From Clostridiales bacterium (GTDB lineage: Bacteria; Bacillota; Clostridia; Oscillospirales; CAG-272), in assembly GCA_012840355.1 (NCBI GenBank), contig DULN01000009.1, forward strand, positions 134,414-198,413: a stretch of DNA of 64,000 nt, in the 5' to 3' direction. Numbering within the stretch: the stretch's first letter is position 1; the number at the start of each line of letters is the position of its first letter. The notes below the pieces were generated by a model, which was not told the DNA's origin, did no database searches, and was given only the letters and a program-made list of their open reading frames with translations. Positions 35,493 to 46,000 of this stretch are shown piece by piece. The position numbers were made by a program, and so were the translations under genes.

Positions 35493-35576
35493 GCTGTATG
35501 TCAAAAAACTCCTGCCGTTTTTGTGCATGTGTCACAACACCACACATACCGCTTTGACAGCACATATCCGTGGGGG

Positions 35577-36437
35577 TTATTTTTTTACCCTCTCCATTAT
35601 CGCGGCGGAAAGCTCGTCGCGCATCTTCTCCGCCGCCTCGCGCGTGAGCTTTGCAAAATCCCTGCCGTCGCCGCCGGCTGCCATCCAGGCACACATAAGC
35701 CCTCGCGATGAGTTAACTATCACTCCCTCGCCACGTTCGTCGGCAGCCAGCGCCACGTCTTCGGCTTTGCCTCCCTGCGCGCCGTAACCGGGGACGAGGA
35801 AGAACATATCGGGCAGCTCGCACCTCAGCTCTGCAAGCTGTGCCGGATAAGTCGCGCCGGCGACAATCCCGCACCGGCCGGTTGCGTTCCATTTTTTCGC
35901 AAGCTCTGCTACACGCATGTAAAGCGTGCGCCCGCCGCAGTCAGTATCCTGCAGCTCTCCTGACGAGGGATTCGAGGTTTTAACAAGCACAAACACGGCC
36001 TTGTTATACTTATCCGCAGCTTTGATAAAAGGCATCACGCCGTCGCTGCCGAGGTAAGGGTTTACCGTCACGCAGTCGGCGCCGGCAGAGTATTTGCCGA
36101 AATACGCTTCGGCATATGCCTCGGCTGTCGAGCCTATATCGCCGCGCTTGACGTCGAGGATAACGTAAAGGCCGGCTGACTTCGCATAGCGGATGGTTTT
36201 ATCAAGCGCTGCAACGCCTTCAAGACCGTACCTCTCGTAAAATGCCGACTGCGGCTTTACAGCCGGCAAAATGTCCGCCGTAGCGTCGATAAGCGCTTTG
36301 CCAAACTCAAACAGAGCATCCCCTACGCTTTTCCCATCCCTGATGTGCGGCGGGATATACTCAAGCCTTGGGTCAAGCCCCATGACGCTAGGGTTGTTTT
36401 TTTGGAAGATTAGCTCCCTAAGGAGTGAAAAAGACAT
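35577..36437 (-). CDS. pyrF: Orotidine 5'-phosphate decarboxylase (long, type 2 form)
   Basis: 286 aa. MGLDPRLEYIP and DVKRGDIGST motifs. Confidence 0.9.
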   Translation of the reverse strand: MSFSLLRELIFQKNNPSVMGLDPRLEYIPPHIRDGKSVGDALFEFGKALIDATADILPAVKPQSAFYERYGLEGVAALDKTIRYAKSAGLYVILDVKRGDIGSTAEAYAEAYFGKYSAGADCVTVNPYLGSDGVMPFIKAADKYNKAVFVLVKTSNPSSGELQDTDCGGRTLYMRVAELAKKWNATGRCGIVAGATYPAQLAELRCELPDMFFLVPGYGAQGGKAEDVALAADERGEGVIVNSSRGLMCAWMAAGGDGRDFAKLTREAAEKMRDELSAAIMERVKK

Positions 36438-36461
36438 CGGCGCCTCCGGTTATTAGTTTTA

Positions 36462-37751
36462 TCAGGGCAACACCACTCGCTCGACGGTACCGTAGAGCGA
36501 CATGCCCATAAACGGGGTGTTGAAAGATTTGCTTTTTATAATGCTGCGGCTTATTACAATTTCGCGGTTGGGGTTAACAAGCGTCACGCCGCATTTTGCG
36601 CCCGGCTTAATTTCTGCCGTGCGCCCGAGTATTTTTGCCGGGCCGGTCGAGAAAAGCTCGCACAACCGGAAAATGTCGATATGCCCGGGCAAAAGCAGGT
36701 ACGTCACTGCTGCGGAGAACGCGGTCTGAAGGCCAATTATGCCGTTTTTCGCCTCGGGCAACGGGCAATTTTTTTGCCTTTCGGTGTGCGGCGCGTGGTC
36801 GGTCGAGATGCTGTCGATAGTGCCGTCGGCAATAGCATCTATTACAGCTTTCACATCCACGCGCGAACGCAGCGGCGGGTTCATTTTTGCATTGCCGCCG
36901 TAGAACATCACGTCCTCGTCGCACAGCGAAAAGTAGTGCGGGCAAGTCTCGCAGGTTACGTTTACGCCGCGGGCTTTCGCCTCGCGGATAAGCTCAACGC
37001 CCTCTTTCGTGCTGACATGCGCGATATGGAGCCTCGCGCCTGTCTCTTTTGCTAAAATCAAATCCCGCGCGATTGCCACAGCCTCGGCCGAGTTTGGGAT
37101 ACCTTTCACGCCGAGCGCAGCCGCGGTGCGCCCTTCGTTCATCACGCCGCCGGCCGAAAGCGAAAGTTCCTCGGAGTGAGAAATTACAAGATAACCACGC
37201 TTTTCGCAGCGCTTTAACGCCTCGCGCATAAGACCTGCGTCGCTTACCGGGAAGCCGTCGTCGGAAAACGCTACGGCGCCTGCTTCGTGCAGCGCGTCGA
37301 AGTCGCAAAGCTCGCGGCCTTTTTGCCCAACCGTAATGGCAGCTGTTGGGAGCACCTCGCAAAATCCCCAAAGCTTCGCCCGCTCAATCACGCGGCGGAG
37401 AAGCTCCGGATTGTCAATCGGGGGCTTTGTGTTAGGCATAGCCACGACCGTGCCAAACCCTCCCGCGACCGCCGCTGCTGTGCCGGTGCTAATAGTTTCC
37501 TTTTCCTCCTCGCCCGGTTCGCGCAAATGGCAATGCAGGTCAATAAATGCGGGCATCGCCAGCGCGCCCCGCGCGTCGAAAGCTTCGCACCATTCGGGCA
37601 GCGATTCGGGCGACTTTGCGCCATACCACACAGCTTCTATGCCGCCGGCAGCGCCGTCGCCCGCATGCCGCACCAGTATCGAGCCGAGTTCAGCAGCCCG
37701 CGCCGCCGGGTCGACTATATGTGCGTTTTTTATAAGAGTGTATTTTACCAT
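36462..37751 (-). CDS. pyrC: Dihydroorotase
   Basis: 429 aa. FIDLHCHLREPG, HIAHVST, STDHAPH. Confidence 0.9.
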   Translation of the reverse strand: MVKYTLIKNAHIVDPAARAAELGSILVRHAGDGAAGGIEAVWYGAKSPESLPEWCEAFDARGALAMPAFIDLHCHLREPGEEEKETISTGTAAAVAGGFGTVVAMPNTKPPIDNPELLRRVIERAKLWGFCEVLPTAAITVGQKGRELCDFDALHEAGAVAFSDDGFPVSDAGLMREALKRCEKRGYLVISHSEELSLSAGGVMNEGRTAAALGVKGIPNSAEAVAIARDLILAKETGARLHIAHVSTKEGVELIREAKARGVNVTCETCPHYFSLCDEDVMFYGGNAKMNPPLRSRVDVKAVIDAIADGTIDSISTDHAPHTERQKNCPLPEAKNGIIGLQTAFSAAVTYLLLPGHIDIFRLCELFSTGPAKILGRTAEIKPGAKCGVTLVNPNREIVISRSIIKSKSFNTPFMGMSLYGTVERVVLP

Positions 37752-37788
37752 ATTTCGCCACTTCGCAGCACTTTCCGCACGGGCGGCT

Positions 37789-39087
37789 TTACTCGCGCAC
37801 TATGTCGACGCGCAGCTCGCCAGCGCCAGCGCGCAGCTTTTCGGTAATCTCGGCAGTAAGTATGCAGTTTTCCATCTCGCCCGGGGTCACGATTTTGCGC
37901 CGCAGCGTACGCAACACTTCGCCGCCTGCCGATACCACGACTTTCACATCGCGGTAAGTCGCGGTGGAGCGGTAGAAAAGGTGCACCTCTCCTACCGGCT
38001 CATTCTCGGGGATAACTATGCGCTGAGGCACCACATAGCGCAAGCCTTCGCCGGGCAGCGTAGGTATGACGCGCGCGCCGTCATATAACCCCGCTTTGCC
38101 GAGCACATAATTTGCCGCCGAACGTCCTGCCGAAAACGCCTCGCGCGTGACGTAGTCGACAAGGTCGTGCACCTGCAGCACGTTACCGCACGCGAAGACG
38201 CCCGGTATGCTTGTCTGCAGATACTGGTCGACAATTGGGCCACCCGTTACATCGTCAAGCTGAACGCCCGCCGCACGCGACAGCTCGTTTTCAGGTATAA
38301 GCCCAACCGACAGAAGCAGCGTGTCACATTCAATATACCTTTCGGTGCCGGGTATCGGCTTTCTGTTCTCGTCGACCTGCGATATAACTACGCCCTCGAC
38401 CCTATTTTTACCGCGGATCTCGGTGACCGTATGCGAGAGGTATAGTGGTATTCCAAAATCGTTAAGGCATTGCGCTATATTGCGCGCAAGGCCGCTTGAA
38501 TATGGCATTATCTCGCAAACGCAAAGGACTTTTGCGCCTTCGAGCGTCAGCCTGCGTGCCATTATAAGCCCGATGTCGCCCGAACCTAAAATCACGATGC
38601 GCCTGCCGGGCAGGATTCCCTCTATGTTGACATACCTCTGCGCAGTGCCGGCGGTAAACACACCTTGCGGGCGCGTGCCGGGTATGCCAATCGCCCCGCG
38701 TGTGCGCTCTCGGCATCCCATCGCGAGTACAATCGCGCCGGCTTTTGCGGTCACATATCCGGTCTCGGGCGAAACAAACGTTACCTCGCGGTCGGCAGAC
38801 ACGCCAAGCGCCATCGCACCGGTGAGGTAGCCGATCCCCGCCTCTTTGACCATCTCGATAAACCTGCCCGAGTATTCAGGCCCGGTGAGCTCCTCGCCGA
38901 AAAAGTGCAGCCCAAACCCCGCGTGTATGCACTGGTTGAGTATCCCGCCGAGTTCTTTGTCGCGCTCGATGATTAAAATCTCGTCCGGCTCTATGCCCGA
39001 GCGGTGCGCTTCAAGCGCCGCGGCAAGGCCCGCTGGCCCGCCGCCTATGACTATAATTTTCTTGTTTATCGTGGGTGTGTCAGCCAC
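37789..39087 (-). CDS. FAD/NAD(P)-binding pyridine nucleotide-disulfide-type oxidoreductase (partner subunit of GlpA-like dehydrogenases)
   Basis: 432 aa. Two dinucleotide folds, IIVIGGGPAGLAAA and IVILGSGDIGLIMA. 8-nt overlap with the upstream gene. Confidence 0.75.
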   Translation of the reverse strand: MADTPTINKKIIVIGGGPAGLAAALEAHRSGIEPDEILIIERDKELGGILNQCIHAGFGLHFFGEELTGPEYSGRFIEMVKEAGIGYLTGAMALGVSADREVTFVSPETGYVTAKAGAIVLAMGCRERTRGAIGIPGTRPQGVFTAGTAQRYVNIEGILPGRRIVILGSGDIGLIMARRLTLEGAKVLCVCEIMPYSSGLARNIAQCLNDFGIPLYLSHTVTEIRGKNRVEGVVISQVDENRKPIPGTERYIECDTLLLSVGLIPENELSRAAGVQLDDVTGGPIVDQYLQTSIPGVFACGNVLQVHDLVDYVTREAFSAGRSAANYVLGKAGLYDGARVIPTLPGEGLRYVVPQRIVIPENEPVGEVHLFYRSTATYRDVKVVVSAGGEVLRTLRRKIVTPGEMENCILTAEITEKLRAGAGELRVDIVRE

Positions 39088-40546
39088 CTAATTCACCGTC
39101 GCTTTCGCTGTCACGCGGCACTATCTCCGAGCCGCGGCCTTTCTTTGTCACGTCACCGAGAGGTATGCCTAGTTCTTTTGAAAGTATTTCAGCCACTCTG
39201 GGCGAGCAAAAGCCGCCTTGGCAGCGACCCATCCCCGCGCGCACCCTGCGCTTTACCATGTCGAGGTCGCGCGCGCCGAGCGGGCGGCGGATCGCGTCCA
39301 GTATCTCGCCCTCGGTTATGGTCTCGCAGCGGCAGACGATGCGCCCGTAGGAAGGGTCGCGCTTTATAAGCTCGTTTTTCTCGCTTGCGCGCAGGAGCCT
39401 AAACCTGATTTTCGGCGGGCGCGTCATCTTCGCGTCCGGGTTTTCCTCAAGGGCAAGCCCCATCTCGCCGAGCAGCTTTACAGCCGCGTGAGACAGCGCC
39501 GGCGAGCTGGCAAGCCCGGGAGACTCTATGCCGACGAGGTGCAAAAGCCCCGGTATGCGCTCGGAAGGCTTTACATAAAAGTCGCCGGTCGAAGGCGTCG
39601 CGCGCACCCCGGCAAACGAGGTTATCATGTCGCGCGACGAAACGCCGGGCACAAGCTTCTTCCCTCCGGCAAAAACTTCTTCGAGCCCCTCGCTTGTCAC
39701 CGAAGTGTCGTCGCCAGAATCGACCCGGTGCGCGTTCGGCCCGACTATAACGTTACCGTCGACAGTCGGCGACACGAGTATGCCTTTTCCACGCTCGCTC
39801 GGGCAGGCGAAGACCACTCGCCTGACCCGCGGCCCCTTGCCTTTGTCAAGCAGCGCGTATTCGCCCCGGCGCGGGATTATATCGACCGGGAAGTCTTCCT
39901 CTCCGGAAGCCCTCGCAAGCTCCGCGGCATACACGCCCGCGGCGTTTACGACAAACCGCGCCGCAATCTCCCGCCCGTGCGAAACCGCAACAAGGCGCCC
40001 CTCGGCCATTTTTATGCGTTCCACCGGGAAATCAAAGTAAAAGTCGCAGCCATTTTGCGCCGCGACCTCGCCAGCCGCGATGCAAAGCTCATACGGGCAC
40101 ACGATGCCTGCGGTCGGCGCCCATAGCGCAGCATATACATTATCCGAAAGCGTCGGCTCTATCTCCCTCGCGCGCTCGCCCGATACTATCTCGAGCCCCG
40201 GGACGCCGTTTTTTTCGCCGCGCTCGATCAGCTCTTGCAGTACCGGCATCTCCTCTTCGGAAAAAGCGCAGACTAGCGAGCCGCAGTTTTTATATGGCAC
40301 ATCGAGCAGCCGCGCCAGCTCGGGCATCTCGGCACAGCCCGCGACGTTGAATTTCGCCTTCAGCGTGCCGGGCACAGCGTCGTAGCCCGCATGGACTATT
40401 GCGGAGTTGGCTTTGGTCGCGCCCATCGCCACGTCATCCGCAGCCTCGGCAAGCGCGACCCGGAGCTTGTAGCCCGAAAGCCTATACGCGGTCATACAGC
40501 CCGTGATGCCACCGCCTACGATGAGAACGTCGTATGTCATCGGCAC
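39080..40546 (-). CDS. FAD-dependent oxidoreductase, glycerol-3-phosphate dehydrogenase-like, with a C-terminal BFD-like [2Fe-2S] domain
   Basis: 488 aa. YDVLIVGGGITGC, NSAIVHAGYDA, and CRCETITEGEILDAI...GMGRCQGGFC. Confidence 0.75.
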   Translation of the reverse strand: MPMTYDVLIVGGGITGCMTAYRLSGYKLRVALAEAADDVAMGATKANSAIVHAGYDAVPGTLKAKFNVAGCAEMPELARLLDVPYKNCGSLVCAFSEEEMPVLQELIERGEKNGVPGLEIVSGERAREIEPTLSDNVYAALWAPTAGIVCPYELCIAAGEVAAQNGCDFYFDFPVERIKMAEGRLVAVSHGREIAARFVVNAAGVYAAELARASGEEDFPVDIIPRRGEYALLDKGKGPRVRRVVFACPSERGKGILVSPTVDGNVIVGPNAHRVDSGDDTSVTSEGLEEVFAGGKKLVPGVSSRDMITSFAGVRATPSTGDFYVKPSERIPGLLHLVGIESPGLASSPALSHAAVKLLGEMGLALEENPDAKMTRPPKIRFRLLRASEKNELIKRDPSYGRIVCRCETITEGEILDAIRRPLGARDLDMVKRRVRAGMGRCQGGFCSPRVAEILSKELGIPLGDVTKKGRGSEIVPRDSESDGELGG

Positions 40547-40742
40547 TATTTACCTCTTTGTGCAGAGCATTCGTCACCTGATAAGTATACCATATAAATT
40601 CCGCCGTTACAACTATATTTTGTATGTAGAATTAATTTATAAAATATTGTAAAAGACTTAATCTTTACTTGTTGTAATTTTTTGTGACTCATGTTATAAT
40701 TAGTCGATTAAATTCACAAACACCGAAAGGCGGAGCCACCGG

Positions 40743-41726
40743 ATGGACTTGGAAAACGCGATCTTGAAGCAGGAAGACCTTGAGCGGCTTTACGATTTGA
40801 CCGAAGCGCTTGTTACGGAAGTCGAAAAAGTGATTGTCGGCAAGCACACCGAGGTAGTGCTGCTAGTCACAGCGCTGCTTGCCGGTGGGCACGTGCTGAT
40901 CGAGGACGTCCCCGGCGTTGGCAAAACGACGCTTGCAGCCGCGCTAGCGCGTGCGGCAGGGCTGAAATTCAGGCGCGCGCAGTTCACGCCGGACGTCATG
41001 GCGTCGGACATTACTGGATTTAATATTTACAACCGCCGGACCGAGCGGTTTGAGTTTAAAGAAGGCCTTGTAATGACCAATATTCTTTTGGCCGACGAAA
41101 TCAACCGCGCGTCTCCCAAAACGCAGTCCAGCCTTCTTGAGGCGATGGAGGAGGCGCGGGTCACGGTCGACGGCGTAACTTATGACGTGCCCGACCCATT
41201 TATGGTTATCGCCACGCAGAACCCGGCGGGATTCGTCGGCACCTATCCTTTGCCCGAAGCGCAGATCGACCGCTTCAGCCTGAAAATTTCTATGGGTTAC
41301 CCGACGCTTGAAGAGGAAGTTTCGATAATCGACAGCCGCCGGACCGAAAACCCGATCGATTCTGTCCGGCCGGTGGCTGGAGTCAAGGCGATACAGACTC
41401 TTCGCACCGTCGTATCGAATGTCCATATCGACCCTGAGGTCAGCAAATATATAGTTCTGCTCGTGTCGGCGACCCGCCGTCATGAAAAAGTCGCGCTCGG
41501 CGCGAGCCCGCGCGCGTCGCTGGCACTTATGCGCATCTCGCAGGCATATGCCTTCATGCACCGCCGCATGTACGTGCTACCCGAGGATGTCGCTGCCGTC
41601 TACCGCAGCACGATAGCGCACCGCCTCATGCTAAAGCAGGAGGCAAAGCTCGAGCGCATCACAGCCGACGACATTCTTACCGAAATTCTGCGCCGCACCG
41701 ACGCACCGTATAAGGGCAAAAGATGA
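40743..41726 (+). CDS. MoxR-family AAA+ ATPase
   Basis: 327 aa. Walker A EDVPGVGKTT, Walker B ILLADEINRASPKTQSSLLEAM. Confidence 0.9.
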   Translation: MDLENAILKQEDLERLYDLTEALVTEVEKVIVGKHTEVVLLVTALLAGGHVLIEDVPGVGKTTLAAALARAAGLKFRRAQFTPDVMASDITGFNIYNRRTERFEFKEGLVMTNILLADEINRASPKTQSSLLEAMEEARVTVDGVTYDVPDPFMVIATQNPAGFVGTYPLPEAQIDRFSLKISMGYPTLEEEVSIIDSRRTENPIDSVRPVAGVKAIQTLRTVVSNVHIDPEVSKYIVLLVSATRRHEKVALGASPRASLALMRISQAYAFMHRRMYVLPEDVAAVYRSTIAHRLMLKQEAKLERITADDILTEILRRTDAPYKGKR

Positions 41727-43030
41727 AAGAGTATGAATATGCCCCTCCCAAACGGAGGCTAAAGTTTGCGCTTTGCCCGAACTTCGGCGCGTACCTTTTG
41801 CTTTTAGCCGCGGCACTGATTTTCACGCAGGCGCTGCGCTCGCCGATTTCAGCTGTGCTGTTTTTGTTCATGCTGATGCTCCCTGTTTTTACACTTATTT
41901 ACCTTTTCATCGCAGCGTCAAATGTAAAAGTATACGTCGACCGCGGTTCGGACGAAGTGCCAAAGCTCACCCCCGTCAGGTTTGGGCTGACGGTGTCAAA
42001 CGATTCTATCCTGCCCATACCGTTTGCGGAAATCGACATAATGCTCCCGTCGGAGCGCGCAGTCCGCTGCATAGGGCGCAGGGTTAGGATCTCGCTCGTG
42101 CCACTTGGCTATTACGATTTGTCGGAGACGGTGGTTTTCCCCTACCGCGGCGAGTATGAGATAGGTGTGTCGGACATTTACGTTTACGACCCCTTCCGGA
42201 TGTTTCGGCTGCGCGTCGACGCCGACACCTTTATGACAGTTTTCGTTTTGCCGCGCCGGCTGGTGCTCGACCGCGGCGGAGCGCATGCGGCATCGGACGT
42301 CAACACAAGCTCGATATTGACGCGTACCGGTATCGACCGCGCTGAGCTTTCTGACATACGCGAGTACAGAAACGGCGACCAAATCAAAAACATACACTGG
42401 AACCTCTCGTCGAAAACGCAGGATTTGGTCGTCAAGGAATACGCGATGAACTCGGGCAACCGGGTATACATTTTCGCCGACACCGCGCGGTTCGGCGAAC
42501 CGGATTCGAGCGATTATGAAGACGACATCGCCGAGTATGTTGCCGACGGCGTGATTGAGCTTGCGCTTGCCGCAGCGCAGGGCGAGCTCGACAGGGGCAA
42601 CAATGTCACAATGATGTGGTACGACGGCAGGACCCAAGGCTACCTTCAAAGCGCCGACATGGAGACCATCAAAGACCTCGACCGCATTTTCACAGTTTTC
42701 GCGACCGCGAAACTTTGCCCGGCAGACGACGAGCACGATTTCACGCGCATGGCGGCGCTGGTTTCCGAAACCCAAGGCGTGACAATAATCTTCGTTTCGG
42801 CGCGCATGGACGCAAAGCTGGTGCGCGGCATAACGGCTGCCGCCGGCGTGTTTAGCGGCCTTGCGTCGCGAGGTGCGGTCCTTTATATCTACTTTGACCC
42901 CTCTGCGCATATTTTGCCCGAAAAGCGCGACGCCCACCGCGAAATATCCGACCTATGCAAGCGCCAGCTCGAGGAGGCAGGCATCGAGGTTCTAACGCCG
43001 GGCAACGCCCTGCATGGCAATACGGCTTAA
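41723..43030 (+). CDS. DUF58 domain membrane protein (MoxR partner)
   Basis: 435 aa. Two N-terminal TM helices. Signature IREYRNGDQIKNIHWNLSSKTQDLVVKEY. ATGA overlap with the moxR stop. Confidence 0.85.
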   Translation: MKEYEYAPPKRRLKFALCPNFGAYLLLLAAALIFTQALRSPISAVLFLFMLMLPVFTLIYLFIAASNVKVYVDRGSDEVPKLTPVRFGLTVSNDSILPIPFAEIDIMLPSERAVRCIGRRVRISLVPLGYYDLSETVVFPYRGEYEIGVSDIYVYDPFRMFRLRVDADTFMTVFVLPRRLVLDRGGAHAASDVNTSSILTRTGIDRAELSDIREYRNGDQIKNIHWNLSSKTQDLVVKEYAMNSGNRVYIFADTARFGEPDSSDYEDDIAEYVADGVIELALAAAQGELDRGNNVTMMWYDGRTQGYLQSADMETIKDLDRIFTVFATAKLCPADDEHDFTRMAALVSETQGVTIIFVSARMDAKLVRGITAAAGVFSGLASRGAVLYIYFDPSAHILPEKRDAHREISDLCKRQLEEAGIEVLTPGNALHGNTA

Positions 43031-43093
43031 GTCTAAGACGGCTTAATTTATAGGCTTTTTCACGCACAACTCTAATTTTATTACGGATATAAC

Positions 43094-46000
43094 ATGGACA
43101 AAGCGGTAAAAATAAGAAAACGCAGAAGCGCAAACCGGGCGGCTCGCCACGAAAAACGCAAAGCGGCTCAAAAATTTTTATATCTTCCCGAAGTCCAGCG
43201 GACCAAACCCGGCACCGCCGCTATCGGGTATATTTGCCGCGCGCTTACCGCATGGATTGGGGTATGGGGGCTGTTACTATTTTTAAGCGATGCGTTTCTT
43301 TTCGAGGTGGACGCTAAATTCCTTGCGCTTGCCTCTATTGTCCCAGTCGCGCTTTTGGCTGTTGCCCTTTATAACGGCATCGGCACGCTTATAATGCTTG
43401 CCGGCTCTGCGGCTTCAGCCGCGCTTTATATCGTACTTATCGGCAAACCGGTCGAGCATGCCGTCGCCTCGGTGCTGGCGGTATATAACACTATCGGCGA
43501 CCGGCTTTACGCTCTAGGTTACCGCGCGCCGATTGCGGCTGAAATCAATTTTTCGGCATTGCCGGTCGGCACCGAGTTTTCCGACCTTATACGCACGGGG
43601 CTGGTTTTTCTCGCGATACTTCTCGCGGCGATTGTCACGCTCGCCTGTGTAAAGCGCGTGCACCTTTTGCCGATAATTATAACCGGCGGCTCGATTTGCG
43701 TTTTGGTTTTCACATACAACCTCGTAAACAGAAGCTGGGGCTTTACGCTCATGCTCACGGCGCTCTGCGGGCTGCTTGTGATGCACGCTTACGAAAGCTT
43801 CTTCCGCGAAGTGCCACAGCCTAAAGCCAAGAGAAAGCGTAAAGCTAAAAAGCCAAGCAATGTTGCCGCCATCGCACCCGAGGCGGAACCTGAAGCGGAG
43901 GGCGCAAAAACGGAGGAAAGCAAACCTGCCGAAAAACCCCGCTCGCGCTGGCTTTCGGGCGCGGCAAAAAGCTCCGCTTTCGGCGGATACGCATCCCTTG
44001 CAGCAATGCTTGTCGCGTTTTTGGTGCTGCTTATACCCACGATGTCGGTACGCAAAAAGTGGTATGAGATTGAGTCTATTAACAGCAAGATGGAGATAGC
44101 CCGACAGATACTCTCGTCGGTCATTGTTGGCGACGTTCCTGATTTTTCGGACCTAGGCTATCTCGGCAAAATGGACCTTCTCACCTCTCGCACCACCACG
44201 GCAAGCGACAGGGTATTCACCGGCGCAAAGGTACTCGAAGTGCGTACGAACTACAACACGCCGGTTTACATGCGCAGCTTTGTTTCAAGCAAATTTGAAA
44301 ACGACCGGTGGCTCGTACCGAGCAACGATGAAATAAAGGAATTTTACTCGCGTTTCGGCTACGGTTTCGTAGGCGAGCGCATTGCGAAAAACTTTTTCGA
44401 TACCATAAACCCCAGGCTTTCGGGGATTTCAAACTATACTAGCTATTCCACCCGCTATGATTTCGGGTTTGTCACAACCCCTGTAGACATAAAGCTGCTT
44501 TCCTCGTCGGGCAACCTGTTGTTTATGCCGTCACGCTATGACCCCGACATTGCGCTTTTGGAGTTTGCCGGCATCGAAGGGGATGCCTACGGCGAGGAAT
44601 ACTCCGACTACTCTGACGGCATAGTCACTACCTCGTGGTTCAACTTCAACAAATCTTACCGCGCGCTCTCATATGTGCAGTCGTACCGCCACGAGAAGGT
44701 GTTTGCCAACCTTATCGCGCTTGACGACTATTACAATCTCTGTCGCGACTATATCGAGCGGACGATGGCGGACGATTTATATTACGGCGAGAAGGTCAAG
44801 TCCGAAATACTCGAGCTCGGGCTTGAAACATTAGCCGAAGACAACATTTACGAGCGCTGGTATGCGATGGATGAAGCAGATCGCGGCGAGTTTTACGAGC
44901 GCTTTATCTTAGCCGACAAGTACGGCAAGTACGTTCGAGATAATTACACATATGTGCCCGAGTCCGAAGCTCCCGACATTTTTAAGCTTGCTTTGACAGC
45001 GCTGAAGGCGTCACACCCAGACCTTAAAATCGATCCAAGCAAAATCCAGCAGATAAAAATTGACGACGGAAAAATATACGTCCAAACAACGGAGCTAAAT
45101 AATTTTACCGCCGTAAGCTCGCTCGGCGCCGTCTCTAAGCTTTCGGTCTATGACAAAGTAATGGCGGTTATCGACTACCTCAAAGATAACTATACCTACA
45201 CGCTTACGCCTAAAGACCCGTCGAGCGAAGATTTAAGCTCCGTTAAGGCATTCCTCCTCGATACAAAAGAAGGTTACTGCGTGCAGTTTGCCACCGCCGC
45301 GGCGCTGATGCTCCGCACGCTTGGCGTGCCTACGCGCTATTGTGAAGGCTATATAGCGCCCGATTTTAGTTATGAAAAGGCATATTCCGCCGAAGGACGC
45401 TATGTGTGCACGGTGCGCGACTATAACGCCCACGCGTGGATCGAAGTTTATGCCGACGACATAGGCTGGCTGACATTTGAAACGACGCCCGAGTACTATG
45501 CGGGCATGTATGAGCACTACTCATTGTCAGTCGACCCGCGCACCGGCGGATACGAAACCCCTGAATATACAGAACCCGAAGACATCGATATTGACGAGGA
45601 AGAAACAACAAAAGTTATTGACACCGCAAAGATATTTGCGTTTGTCATAATAGGGCTTTTAGCGGCTGGAGCTATCGGCGTTGGAGTATACTTCGTAAGG
45701 AAATTTGTCCTTTTTGTCCGCGAATCGCGCTACCGCCGAGAAATGTATATCGAAACTGTGCTCCGCAGCTCGCCCGAAGGCTTAGAGCGCCGTTACGCCG
45801 CGCTCGCGATAATCGATTATATCAACGCCGCGCTGGCTGCGGCTGGGCTGCGCCCGCGCACCGGCGAGCTTCCATCCGAGTACCGCGAAAGATGCAGGCG
45901 CGTGCTTTTGGGCGAGGAAGCCGCAAACGAAGCACGCATTAAGCTTCCCGGCGCTGCCGGCGAGCTTGCCGAAAAAATTATTGCCATGTTTGCCGAATGG

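Noticed and set aside
41996-42937. 313-aa minus-strand ORF.
   Set aside because: It is antisense to the DUF58 gene, which carries the family signature and is translationally coupled to moxR.
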